NCBI GenBank assembly: GCA_964546105.1
Contig: CAZJIP010000005.1
Location: 1 to 37,137 of the forward strand
Direction: 5' to 3'
Length of the DNA stretch: 37,137 bases
DNA from: an uncultured Methanomassiliicoccales archaeon
GTDB taxonomy: Archaea > Thermoplasmatota > Thermoplasmata > RBG-16-68-12
The notes below the pieces were generated by a model, which was not told the origin of the DNA, made no database searches, and saw nothing but the letters and a program-made list of their open reading frames with translations. The translations under genes were made by a program, and so were the position numbers. Positions 17,438 through 24,894 of the stretch are shown one piece after another. How positions within the stretch are numbered: the stretch's first letter is position 1; every line of letters starts with the position of its first letter.

Positions 17438-18186
17438 CAAGCAAGCTCAGCGTGAAGGGGCTCTCCGCCTGGTACGGCCCGAAGAAGGCCATCGAAGCCG
17501 TCTCCCTGACGTTCGAGGAGCATGCCACCACGGCCATCATTGGCCCATCCGGCTGCGGCAAGTCGACGCTCATCCGATGCCTCAACCGGATGCACGAGAC
17601 GGTTCCCAAGGCGCGCGTGGAGGGCCAAGTGCTGCTGGATGGCCAGGACATCTACGATCAGGATCCCGTGGCCGTCCGGCGCCGGATCGGGATGGTCTTC
17701 CAGAAGCCGAACCCGTTCCCCACGATGTCCGTCTACGACAATGTTGCGGCCGGCTTGCGGCTCAACGGCATCCGGGACCACAAGGTCCTCGACCGCGCCG
17801 TAAAGGGGAGCCTTGAGAAGGCTGCGCTCTGGGACGAGGTGAAGGATTCCTTGGGCAAGCCCGGAATCGGCCTCTCCGGCGGCCAGCAGCAGCGGCTCTG
17901 CATCGCGCGCGCCCTCACCGTGGAACCCGAGGTCATCCTCATGGACGAACCCTGCTCCGCCCTCGATCCCATCGCAACCGCGAAGATCGAGGACCTGATC
18001 TTCGATCTGAAGAAGGAGTACACGGTGGTCATCGTGACCCACAACATGCAGCAGGCCGCCCGGGTCGCCGACTCGACTGCCTTCCTGTATCTCGGCAAGG
18101 TCATCGAGTTCGGGAACACGCGGGAGCTCTTCGAGCACCCCCACGAGGAACTCACGGAGAAGTACATCACAGGGAGGTTTGGCTGA
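17434..18186 (+). CDS. pstB: phosphate ABC transporter ATP-binding protein PstB
   Basis: ATG 17434 overlaps the pstA stop (ATGA). Walker [10 protein letters not shown], signature [15 protein letters not shown], Walker [13 protein letters not shown]-loop VTHNM. Confidence 0.95.
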   Translation: MTSKLSVKGLSAWYGPKKAIEAVSLTFEEHATTAIIGPSGCGKSTLIRCLNRMHETVPKARVEGQVLLDGQDIYDQDPVAVRRRIGMVFQKPNPFPTMSVYDNVAAGLRLNGIRDHKVLDRAVKGSLEKAALWDEVKDSLGKPGIGLSGGQQQRLCIARALTVEPEVILMDEPCSALDPIATAKIEDLIFDLKKEYTVVIVTHNMQQAARVADSTAFLYLGKVIEFGNTRELFEHPHEELTEKYITGRFG

Positions 18187-18890
18187 TGCCCGAGAAGGCG
18201 GAGCGCAAGGCCCTTGAACGCGGTCTCAAGGCGTTGAACGAGAACATGGTCACCATGGCCGAGTTGAGTGAGCTCGCCATTCGGAAGGCCGTCGACGGCC
18301 TCTCGCGCGGCGATCCGACGATCCTGGAGGAGGTGTTCACGCTGGACCAGGAAATCTACGGTCTACAGGAGGAAATCGAGGGGACATGCGTGGACCTCAT
18401 TGCACTCCACGCCCCGGTCGCCCGGGACCTCCGGATCGTCACGACGTCCCTCAAGATCACGACGGACCTGGATCGGATCGGCCGGTACGCGAAGGACATC
18501 GCGGAGGTGGCTCTCCAGTTCCCACCTGGCCCGCCCCCTGGCCTCGCAGACCTCGTGAAGATCCCCCGGATGGCGGAGCACACGATTCGCATGGTCGACA
18601 CGGCCATCGATGCGTTCGTGAAGCGCGACGCGGAATCCGTGCGGAACATCATGCAGGTCGACGACGAGGTGGACCGGCTTCACGACGAGGTGTTCCAGGA
18701 GGCCGTGGGCCAGATGCAGGCAGGCCGGGTGGACATCGTCGCGGGAGCTCGGTACATCCTCGTGTCCCGTCACCTGGAGCGAATCGCAGACCATGCGGTC
18801 AACATCGGGCTCCGCGTGGTGTACATGGTAACGGGTGAGACGCTGCCGCGGATTCGGGCCGCGGACCGCGCGAAGCGAGGGAAAGGCTAG
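18186..18890 (+). CDS. phoU: phosphate transport system regulator PhoU
   Basis: ATG 18186 overlaps the pstB stop (TGATG). Two PhoU repeats (DLDRIGRYAKDIAE and HLERIADHAVNI). Confidence 0.9.
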   Translation: MPEKAERKALERGLKALNENMVTMAELSELAIRKAVDGLSRGDPTILEEVFTLDQEIYGLQEEIEGTCVDLIALHAPVARDLRIVTTSLKITTDLDRIGRYAKDIAEVALQFPPGPPPGLADLVKIPRMAEHTIRMVDTAIDAFVKRDAESVRNIMQVDDEVDRLHDEVFQEAVGQMQAGRVDIVAGARYILVSRHLERIADHAVNIGLRVVYMVTGETLPRIRAADRAKRGKG

Positions 18891-18910
18891 CCGGCCCCCG
18901 GCAAACGCGA

Positions 18911-18952
18911 ACTATATAGTCACTATAAATTCGGGGCGCCATCTATATAGAT
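18911..18952. promoter_or_regulatory. cluster of three TATA-like boxes, two of them perfect palindromes (ACTATATAGT, CACTATAAAT, ATCTATATAGAT)
   Basis: Read directly: 18911-18920, 18921-18930 and 18941-18952. This is the only strongly AT-rich patch in the area. The last box is centred about 27-30 nt upstream of ATG 18976. Confidence 0.5.
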
Positions 18953-18975
18953 GGCCGTCACCCTGAATCCGACCG

Positions 18976-19080
18976 ATGGAACGCAAGAAGGAAGTGCAGA
19001 GCTGGGACGACTTCGACAGTCTGAAGCTCGTCCGCGGTGCGATCGAAGAGACGCACCAAGCCGAGTTCGCCTTGAAGTGA
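18976..19080 (+). CDS. candidate leaderless micro-ORF (34 aa): MERKKEVQSWDDFDSLKLVRGAIEETHQAEFALK
   Basis: ATG 18976 lies about 25 nt downstream of the palindromic TATA box. About 80% G/C at third codon positions, versus mixed composition at positions 1 and 2. Non-degenerate amino-acid composition. Followed by a GC palindrome and a T4 tract. No homology known to me. Confidence 0.4.
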   Translation: MERKKEVQSWDDFDSLKLVRGAIEETHQAEFALK

Positions 19081-19084
19081 ACTC

Positions 19085-19118
19085 GGGGCGCGCCCTCGGG
19101 CGCGTCGTGAACCCTTTT
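19085..19118 (+). terminator. GC palindrome (GGGCGCGCCC, 19086-19095) followed by a TTTT tract (19115-19118)
   Basis: Read directly. Located 5 nt after the stop of the micro-ORF. Oligo-T tracts are the usual archaeal termination signal. Confidence 0.35.
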
Positions 19119-19255
19119 CCGGCCCTTGATGCGGACCGCTGCGATTCTCGACCGCCCGACGCGGTCGTCCGACAGACCTCGGTTCCGATTTTACGTATTC
19201 TGTGTACCCATAGTCCATACGCAATGCAATCGCCTGCTTCGGTGAAGGGAGAGAC

Positions 19256-20344
19256 ATGCCAATCGCAGTCGGCGCGGTTCCGGCTTCGCGCGGGACCGAA
19301 GGTGCGTGTGTCAGCTGTGGCGGCACGCTGCAGCGGATCGACGAGTACGCCCTAGATATCGCCGGCGAGGAGGTCCTCTTCTACGCAGACCGGTGCCAAT
19401 CGTGCGGCAACGAGTTCGTCAACGCGCCCAAGATCCTGCGTCCCGACGCGGAGATGATTCGGGAGTTCCAGCCCGACAAGTCCCCGCTTGGTTCGTACTA
19501 CCGTGTCCAGAACCTCTCGAGCCGCGACCGGGAGTTCCGAGCGCACCCAGGTTACCGCGTGGCGGGGACCCTCCTGTGGTATCTCCTCGAAGAGGACATG
19601 GCCGACGTGGTCTTCCTGGCCCACCAGAGCGTGACGGAAGAGCCCGTCATGGCGTACACGAAGAAGGACCTCTACCGGGCCTGGCAGCTCCGGATGGGCG
19701 CGGGACGCGCCGTGGTCACGGGCAGTGGCCTGAGGGCCAACCTCCTGACCCTCACCCAGCTCAAGCGGTTCGCGGAGACGGACCGCGGGCTCCATCCGCG
19801 AGTTGCGGTCATGGGTCGGCCCTGCCAGATCTACACCGTGCGCAAGCTCCTCTGGGACCGGTTCGCACCCGGATACGAGCTCGCCTTCGGCATGGGCACC
19901 TTCTGCTACGGGAACTTCTCGCCCGGCGCTTGGGGCGGCCAGAAGCTCCGGGAGATCCTCGGATTCGACCCCGCAGACATTCGCCAGGTCGGCTACGTGG
20001 GCGAGCAGCTCGAGTTCACCCCCGTCGAGGGGGAGACGAAGCGGGTCGGCCAGGAGGAAGTCGCCGGGCTCGTGAACGCGAACTGCCTCCAGTGCTACGA
20101 CTTCACTGCCCGCTTCAGCGACGTGAGCGTCGGCCACGTGGGGAGCGAGGAGCTCTTTGAGGCCGTCCTCGTCCGCACAGAGAAGGGGGGCGTGGTCGTG
20201 GACCAGGCGGTCCGCGACGGCTTCCTGGCGCCGTCGGCCCAGCTGTATGGCAAAGTGGACGTGACGGACGAGGAGGCGCACACGCTCTCCTACCTCAACG
20301 CCATGGTCGGCATCAAGAAGGAGCTGACCGGCAAGCTGCGCTGA
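19256..20344 (+). CDS. FrhB/FdhB/FpoF-family (coenzyme F420-reducing hydrogenase beta-subunit-like) protein with an N-terminal Zn-ribbon
   Basis: N-terminal CxxC...CxxC (CVSCGG...CQSCGN). Family hallmarks: VAVMGRPCQIYTVRKL, FGMGTFCYGNFS, NCLQCYDFTARFSDVSVGHVGSE. GGGAGAG lies upstream of the ATG. Confidence 0.65.
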   Translation: MPIAVGAVPASRGTEGACVSCGGTLQRIDEYALDIAGEEVLFYADRCQSCGNEFVNAPKILRPDAEMIREFQPDKSPLGSYYRVQNLSSRDREFRAHPGYRVAGTLLWYLLEEDMADVVFLAHQSVTEEPVMAYTKKDLYRAWQLRMGAGRAVVTGSGLRANLLTLTQLKRFAETDRGLHPRVAVMGRPCQIYTVRKLLWDRFAPGYELAFGMGTFCYGNFSPGAWGGQKLREILGFDPADIRQVGYVGEQLEFTPVEGETKRVGQEEVAGLVNANCLQCYDFTARFSDVSVGHVGSEELFEAVLVRTEKGGVVVDQAVRDGFLAPSAQLYGKVDVTDEEAHTLSYLNAMVGIKKELTGKLR

Positions 20345-20390
20345 CCGAGCTCACGCTGGCCGTTTCGCCCGTGGAAGAATCCGAGAGGGT

Positions 20391-20786
20391 CTAGTGCGAG
20401 TGCGCGTGGGCGTGCTCGTGGTGGCCTTCCTGCGCGTCGGGGGCCGCCTGCCCCTTCGGGTTGAAGCTCTGCCCGCACCCGCAGGTGGACCAGTTGTTCG
20501 GGTTGCTGACCATGAACCCGCTGCCCGCGACGCTCTCCACGTAGTCAATGCTCGATCCATCCAGGTACTCGCGGCTGTTCGGGTCCACGACGACCTTGAC
20601 CCCGTTCGCCTGGACGAGCTCGTCGCCCTCGTGGAGCTTGTTGTCCAAGGCGAGGCCGTACCGGAACCCGGAGCATCCGCCTCCGGCCACGTACATGCGG
20701 AGATAGGTGTCCTCGGGCGTGCCGTTCTTCTTGATGAGCTCCTGCAGCTTCCCGATGGCATTATCGGACAGGGTGACCTGGAACAT
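20391..20786 (-). CDS. iscA: A-type iron-sulfur cluster carrier (IscA/ErpA/HesB family) with a C-terminal His-rich extension
   Basis: Motifs: LRMYVAGGGCSGFRYGL, and CGCGQSF near the normal C-terminus. An extra tail follows: NPKGQAAPDAQEGHHEHAHAHSH. GAGGTGA lies 6 nt upstream of the ATG. Confidence 0.9.
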   Translation of the reverse strand: MFQVTLSDNAIGKLQELIKKNGTPEDTYLRMYVAGGGCSGFRYGLALDNKLHEGDELVQANGVKVVVDPNSREYLDGSSIDYVESVAGSGFMVSNPNNWSTCGCGQSFNPKGQAAPDAQEGHHEHAHAHSH

Positions 20787-20826
20787 CGCTTCACCTCGCC
20801 TTAGGGTTGATAGAACTCGGAGCCCG

Positions 20827-20837
20827 TTATTTAATCC
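20827..20837 (-). promoter_or_regulatory. TATA-like box (minus strand GGATTAAATAA) for iscA
   Basis: AT-rich element about 45 nt upstream of ATG 20786, with the Shine-Dalgarno sequence in between. Confidence 0.4.
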
Positions 20838-20873
20838 TTTGGACCCGAATCCCGCGACAAGGAGGGATTTCGG

Positions 20874-21347
20874 TCAGCCTAGATTCTTCCCCATGTAGTG
20901 TCGCTCGTACCGGAAGCCCGATTCCTCGTACACGTGACGCGCCGGCGCGTTCGAGTCCGCAACCTCGAGTTTGATCTTCCGGTACCCTTTGGACCGTGCC
21001 CATTCCGTGGCCCACGACACCAGGAACTTGCCGATGTCCTCATCCCGACGTTCCGGCGTGACCCAGACGTCGAAGACGAAGCCGTGGGGTTCCGGCGTGA
21101 GGAAGCCGCCCCCCTCGCCGAGGAGCAGATAGCCGAGGAACGTACCCGACGCATCCTCCGCGATCCACGCCTCCGTGCGGCCCCCCTCCACGTAGGGCGT
21201 GAGCTTGCGGCGAAACTCCTTCTCCCAGGTCGCCCGGTCGAACCGCCTCCGTTCGTCCTCGGGAAGGTCGTCCCACACGGTCTGGAGGGTGGCGGTCCAG
21301 ATCGTCTTGAAATCCGCCCGGCGTCCGCGGCGCATTCGGATGTCCAC
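20874..21347 (-). CDS. GNAT-family N-acetyltransferase
   Basis: Acetyl-CoA binding core (VWVTPERRDEDIGKFLVSWATEWARSKGYRKIKLEV...N..A..VYEESGF). GTG 21347 or ATG 21336 as start. Confidence 0.8.
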   Translation of the reverse strand: MDIRMRRGRRADFKTIWTATLQTVWDDLPEDERRRFDRATWEKEFRRKLTPYVEGGRTEAWIAEDASGTFLGYLLLGEGGGFLTPEPHGFVFDVWVTPERRDEDIGKFLVSWATEWARSKGYRKIKLEVADSNAPARHVYEESGFRYERHYMGKNLG

Positions 21348-21423
21348 GCGCTTCCCGACGCACGAGAGGCCTCGCCGGAGGATGAAGGTGTCGGCCCTCG
21401 GAGGAAAACATTTCGCGACCAGC

Positions 21424-21432
21424 CTTTATATC
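21424..21432 (+). promoter_or_regulatory. TATA box CTTTATATC for the TPR operon (leaderless geometry)
   Basis: The box ends 22 nt upstream of GTG 21455, and no Shine-Dalgarno sequence lies in between. Confidence 0.5.
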
Positions 21433-21454
21433 TCGCGTCCCCGTTGCGACATCC

Positions 21455-23977
21455 GTGCTCCCCTCGCGCTGCTATCGTTGCGGCGCCGTGAGTCGCGAAC
21501 CCCTCTGCGCGTCCTGCGTCGACTTCCTGGTCGCCTACCGACCTCTGTGGCTGGACCCCGCCCTGCTGCCGGGCCCGTCCCTTTTGGATCTCCTCGCACC
21601 GCACGAGGTGGCCGTCCTATCCGCGGAGGGTGAGCAGATCGAATGGCGATCCACGGCCCGCGATCCGTCCTCGGACGATGCGGTACGGCTCATCGGCCTT
21701 CTCGGACTCGAGGCCGCCGGGAACCCCGTGATCAGCGTGGGCGATGCCGACATCCTCCACGCCTTCCTAGCGGAGGCGAGACGGTCTCCGCCGCAGGATC
21801 CCGTGCAGCGATCCGCCCTCGCCACCCTCTACGGCTACCTCTCGTCCCGCGACTGGGTGCCGCCCCATCTCGCCGAGGAGTACCGGGTCCGCGCGAGGAC
21901 CCTCCGGCCTTCCGCCGCGGAAGCCGAAGTGCCGCCCGCCACGGTCAGCCGAGCCGAGGAGGTGCCCCCGCCAGCCCCAAAACCAACGGAGGCGGAAGAG
22001 CCTCCGGCACCTGAGGAGATTCCACCTGCGGCGCCCGAGGAACCGTCCGTTCCCTCCGAGGCGCCGTCCAAGGAAGTCCCGCCGGAATCCCCGCCCCCGG
22101 CTCCGGAGCCCACCCCCGAACCCACGCCCGACCCCGAGCCTCCCATACCCCTTCCCGAGCCCGAACCCCGACCCGTCCCGGAACCCGAACCCGAGCCAGA
22201 ACCCGAGGAACCCGTACCGGAGGCGGCCGCCCCACCGTCGCCGCCCGCGCCCCCGGAGCCCTCCGAGGTCATGGCGGCCCTCTCCGCCGAACTTCGGGAG
22301 ATGAAGGAGGAGCTCCAGGAAGAGATCGCCAAGGAGAGGGAGAGCGTCCAGGCCTGGATCCATGAGCGGGCCGGAGAAATGGAGTCCAAGGAGAAGGACC
22401 TCCGGGAGAAGGAGCGGGCCCTCGAAGCCGAGGCGAAGGCGGTCGAGGCGGCGCAGGCGTCCGTCACCCAGCGCCTGCAGGCCGTGGAGAAGGACGAGGC
22501 CCGCCTCGGGGTGCTCAGGTTCCTCGACAGCGTACCGGGCATGACGGAGGACGTGGCCCAGGTCTTGGTCACCGTGTTCCCGGACATGGCTTCCCTCCGA
22601 TCCGCGGACGCTCGGGCGCTCACCCAGTGCCAAGGCGTCACGGAGGTCCTCGCGAAGGCGATCCGGTTCGAACTCGTCCCCGGCGAGGTCGAGGACGAGC
22701 AACGGGCCATCGATCTGCGTGAGGAAGCCCAGGCGTTCCTCGAGGAGGGAGACTACCGCGCCGCCCTCCAATGCTACGACCGCCTCCTCGCGGAGCATCC
22801 CGAGGACAAGGTGTTCTGGTTCGACAAGGCGGAAATCCACGTCCTCCTGGAGGAACCGGAAGAGGCGCTCCAGTGCTACACGCGCGTCTTGGACCTGGAC
22901 CGGCGCGACCGCCAAGCCTGGTTCGAGCGCGCGAATCTCCTGTTCGGCATGGGCCGGCTCGCGGACGCGGTGGACGCGCTGCGGGAGGCGCTCCGGGTCG
23001 AGCCGCGGAGATCCGGGGACCTCCTGCTCAAGGCGGAGCAGCTCCGACGAGACGGCCATGCGAACGAGGCCGCCATCCTCTACCAAGCGATCTTGGACGT
23101 GGACCCGGGCAACGGCCGGGCCGTGCTCGGCCTCGGCGACACGTTCCTGGACCTCGGCGATCATGACGCGGCCGAGGGCCTGTTCACCCGTGCCCTCGGG
23201 AAGGAGGGCAAGGACCCCGAGCTCCTGTTCCGCAAGGGAGAGCTCCTGAACCGGAAGGGGCGTTGGGGCGCGGCGATCCAGTTCTACAACCGGGCCCTCG
23301 CCTTGCGGTGGGATCTCGCCCCGGTTTGGCTCGCGAAAGGGCAGACGCTCCTCGCCCACGAGCGTGCCCAGGAGGCCCTGGAATGTTTCGATAGGGTGCT
23401 CTCCCTCGACTCGGAGAACGAGGATGCCCGTGTGAGCAAGCGCGAAGCCGAAGCGCTCCTCCGTCCGGTGCGCGGGGTGCCCCCACCATCCCCTCCATCG
23501 TCGCCGGTCGAGAAGGCTCCGGAGGAGCCGCCTGCCGCGGAGAAACCCGTCGACGAGGAAATCGATGAGCTCTTGGAGTCCGTGGAGCCCAGCTTCGCGG
23601 AGGCCCTCCGGGAGGCCGTGGGCGAGGAGAAGGAGGGCGCGAAGCCGGTCGACCAGGTGCCTCCCGATTTCCAGTCGTTCGTCGAGTCCATCGAACCCGA
23701 GAAGGAGGACACGCACGTCCTGATCCAGATGGCCGAGCTCGCCCTGGAGGGCGGTGACGCGGACATGGCCCTCCTCCGCTACCAGCAGGCCTTGGACCAG
23801 GACCCGAAGAGCCTCGCGGCCTGGACAGGGAAGGGAACTGCCTTGCAGCAGCTCGAGCGCTACGAGGAGGCCCTGGCTGCGTACGACCGGGCCCTGGAGC
23901 TCCGTCCTGGCGACGAGCTCGCGACGCGCTGGCGGGAGACCTGTCTGCGGCACCTCCAGAGGGGCGGGACGGCATGA
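21455..23977 (+). CDS. multidomain protein: Zn-ribbon, Pro/Glu-rich linker, coiled coil, (HhH)2-like module, TPR array
   Basis: - Zn-ribbon: CYRCG...CASC.
- Pro/Glu linker of about 100 aa: ...PEPTPEPTPDPEPPIPLPEPEPRPVPEPEPEPEPEEP....
- Heptad-rich stretch: EELQEEIAKERESVQ...KEKDLREKERALEAEAKAVEAAQ.
- HhH-like module: VPGMTEDVAQVLVTVFPDMASLRSADARALTQCQGVTEVLAKAI.
- At least 8 TPR-like 34-mers (e.g. GDYRAALQCYDRLLAEHPEDKVFWFDKAEIH). Confidence 0.7.
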   Translation: MLPSRCYRCGAVSREPLCASCVDFLVAYRPLWLDPALLPGPSLLDLLAPHEVAVLSAEGEQIEWRSTARDPSSDDAVRLIGLLGLEAAGNPVISVGDADILHAFLAEARRSPPQDPVQRSALATLYGYLSSRDWVPPHLAEEYRVRARTLRPSAAEAEVPPATVSRAEEVPPPAPKPTEAEEPPAPEEIPPAAPEEPSVPSEAPSKEVPPESPPPAPEPTPEPTPDPEPPIPLPEPEPRPVPEPEPEPEPEEPVPEAAAPPSPPAPPEPSEVMAALSAELREMKEELQEEIAKERESVQAWIHERAGEMESKEKDLREKERALEAEAKAVEAAQASVTQRLQAVEKDEARLGVLRFLDSVPGMTEDVAQVLVTVFPDMASLRSADARALTQCQGVTEVLAKAIRFELVPGEVEDEQRAIDLREEAQAFLEEGDYRAALQCYDRLLAEHPEDKVFWFDKAEIHVLLEEPEEALQCYTRVLDLDRRDRQAWFERANLLFGMGRLADAVDALREALRVEPRRSGDLLLKAEQLRRDGHANEAAILYQAILDVDPGNGRAVLGLGDTFLDLGDHDAAEGLFTRALGKEGKDPELLFRKGELLNRKGRWGAAIQFYNRALALRWDLAPVWLAKGQTLLAHERAQEALECFDRVLSLDSENEDARVSKREAEALLRPVRGVPPPSPPSSPVEKAPEEPPAAEKPVDEEIDELLESVEPSFAEALREAVGEEKEGAKPVDQVPPDFQSFVESIEPEKEDTHVLIQMAELALEGGDADMALLRYQQALDQDPKSLAAWTGKGTALQQLERYEEALAAYDRALELRPGDELATRWRETCLRHLQRGGTA
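21955..22265 (+). repeat. low-complexity CCNGAR/CCC-rich coding repeat (Pro/Glu linker); core about 22084-22215
   Basis: Degenerate reiteration of cccgaaccc/gagccc units, read directly. It lies inside the CDS and encodes PEP/PEPT repeats. Coordinates are approximate. Confidence 0.6.
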
Positions 23978-24894
23978 GCGCCCCCCAGGAAGCGGAGAGG
24001 GAGCGCTTCCTACCCAGCGTGGATCGCCTGGAGGCCACCGTGCATACGGGCCGCAAGGCGCTCGAGGGGGGCCGCTACGACGAGGCCTTGCGGGCCTTCA
24101 ACGAGGCGCTGCGCCTGAAACCCGAGTACGACGTCGCCTGGCTCCTCCGCGGGCACACGCTCCGACGGATGGGCGACTTCGACGGGGCTCTCCAGAGTTT
24201 CGCCCAAGCGCTGCGGAACAACCAGGACTCCGAGGAGGGATGGATGGGCCTCGCGGCCGCCCTCCACGAGCTCCGTCGCTACAGGGAGGAGGTCGAGGCG
24301 TACGACGAGCTCCTCAAGCTCCACCCTCGGTTCGTCGAGGCGTGGATCAATAAGGGCGCCGCCCTCCATGATCTGAAGGACTATCCCTCCGCGCTGGCCT
24401 GCTACGACAAGGTCCTGTCCCTCCGCCCGGAGCACGCCGCGGCATGGAACAACAAGGGCGCTGCCTTGCTCCGCCTCGGGGACCCGGCGCGGGCCGCCGA
24501 GTGCTTCGACCGGGCGCTCCACTTCAACCCCGATTTCTACGATGCCATGGTGAACCGCATCTTCCTCTCCGAGAAGCAGGGCCACCACGGGGAGGCCGCG
24601 TTCTGGGCCGACCGCGCCTTGCGGATTCGTGAGGCAGGTTGGCTCTGGTACACCAAGGGCCTCGCGCACCTGGGACTCCTCGAGGCGACCCTCGCCTCCA
24701 AGTCCTTCGAGCGCGCGCTGAGCTTCGACCCGTCCCTCCGAGACGCCAAGGCGGGTCTGCGCCGGGCGAGATCCCTGCGGGAGAAGGTGGACTTCTACCG
24801 CGGCGTCTACGACTGCTTCGGGATGCACCTCTCGGGCGATCCGGGCTGTGCGGAGTGCGAGATCGCTGCAAAGTGCCGGGAGGTGACCAAGTGA
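23974..24894 (+). CDS. TPR-repeat protein with a C-terminal Cys cluster
   Basis: ATG 23974 overlaps the upstream stop (ATGA). Canonical TPRs (GRYDEALRAFNEALRLKPEYDVAWLLRGHTL; YREEVEAYDELLKLHPRFVEAWINKGAAL; YPSALACYDKVLSLRPEHAAAWNNKGAAL). The C-terminus reads CFGMHLSGDPGCAECEIAAKC. Confidence 0.75.
   Translation: MSAPQEAERERFLPSVDRLEATVHTGRKALEGGRYDEALRAFNEALRLKPEYDVAWLLRGHTLRRMGDFDGALQSFAQALRNNQDSEEGWMGLAAALHELRRYREEVEAYDELLKLHPRFVEAWINKGAALHDLKDYPSALACYDKVLSLRPEHAAAWNNKGAALLRLGDPARAAECFDRALHFNPDFYDAMVNRIFLSEKQGHHGEAAFWADRALRIREAGWLWYTKGLAHLGLLEATLASKSFERALSFDPSLRDAKAGLRRARSLREKVDFYRGVYDCFGMHLSGDPGCAECEIAAKCREVTK

Noticed and set aside
18951-19355. 134-aa ORF spanning the phoU-FrhB spacer.
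   Set aside because: The product is Arg/Pro/Ala-rich. The ORF overlaps the FrhB-family start and has no coding-like periodicity. The 34-codon ORF in another frame (18976-19080) fits the promoter and terminator signals much better.
21955-22265. Reiterated cccgaaccc/gagccc units, as a possible CRISPR-like or minisatellite array.
   Set aside because: The units are short (6-9 nt), degenerate and contiguous without spacers. They sit in frame inside a long CDS, where they encode a Pro/Glu linker. This is a coding low-complexity region, not a CRISPR array.
21767-23953. Very long antisense ORFs: 728 aa here, plus 250-1656(-), 6948-8549(-), 24010-25677(-), 24807-26390(-), 27474-30134(+), 36037-37119(-) and 32432-33727(-).
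   Set aside because: Their translations are dominated by Arg/Gly/Pro/Ala/His runs with no recognisable motifs. Each lies opposite or out of frame to a gene with clear family motifs. Long open antisense frames are expected in DNA of about 65% GC, where stop codons are rare.
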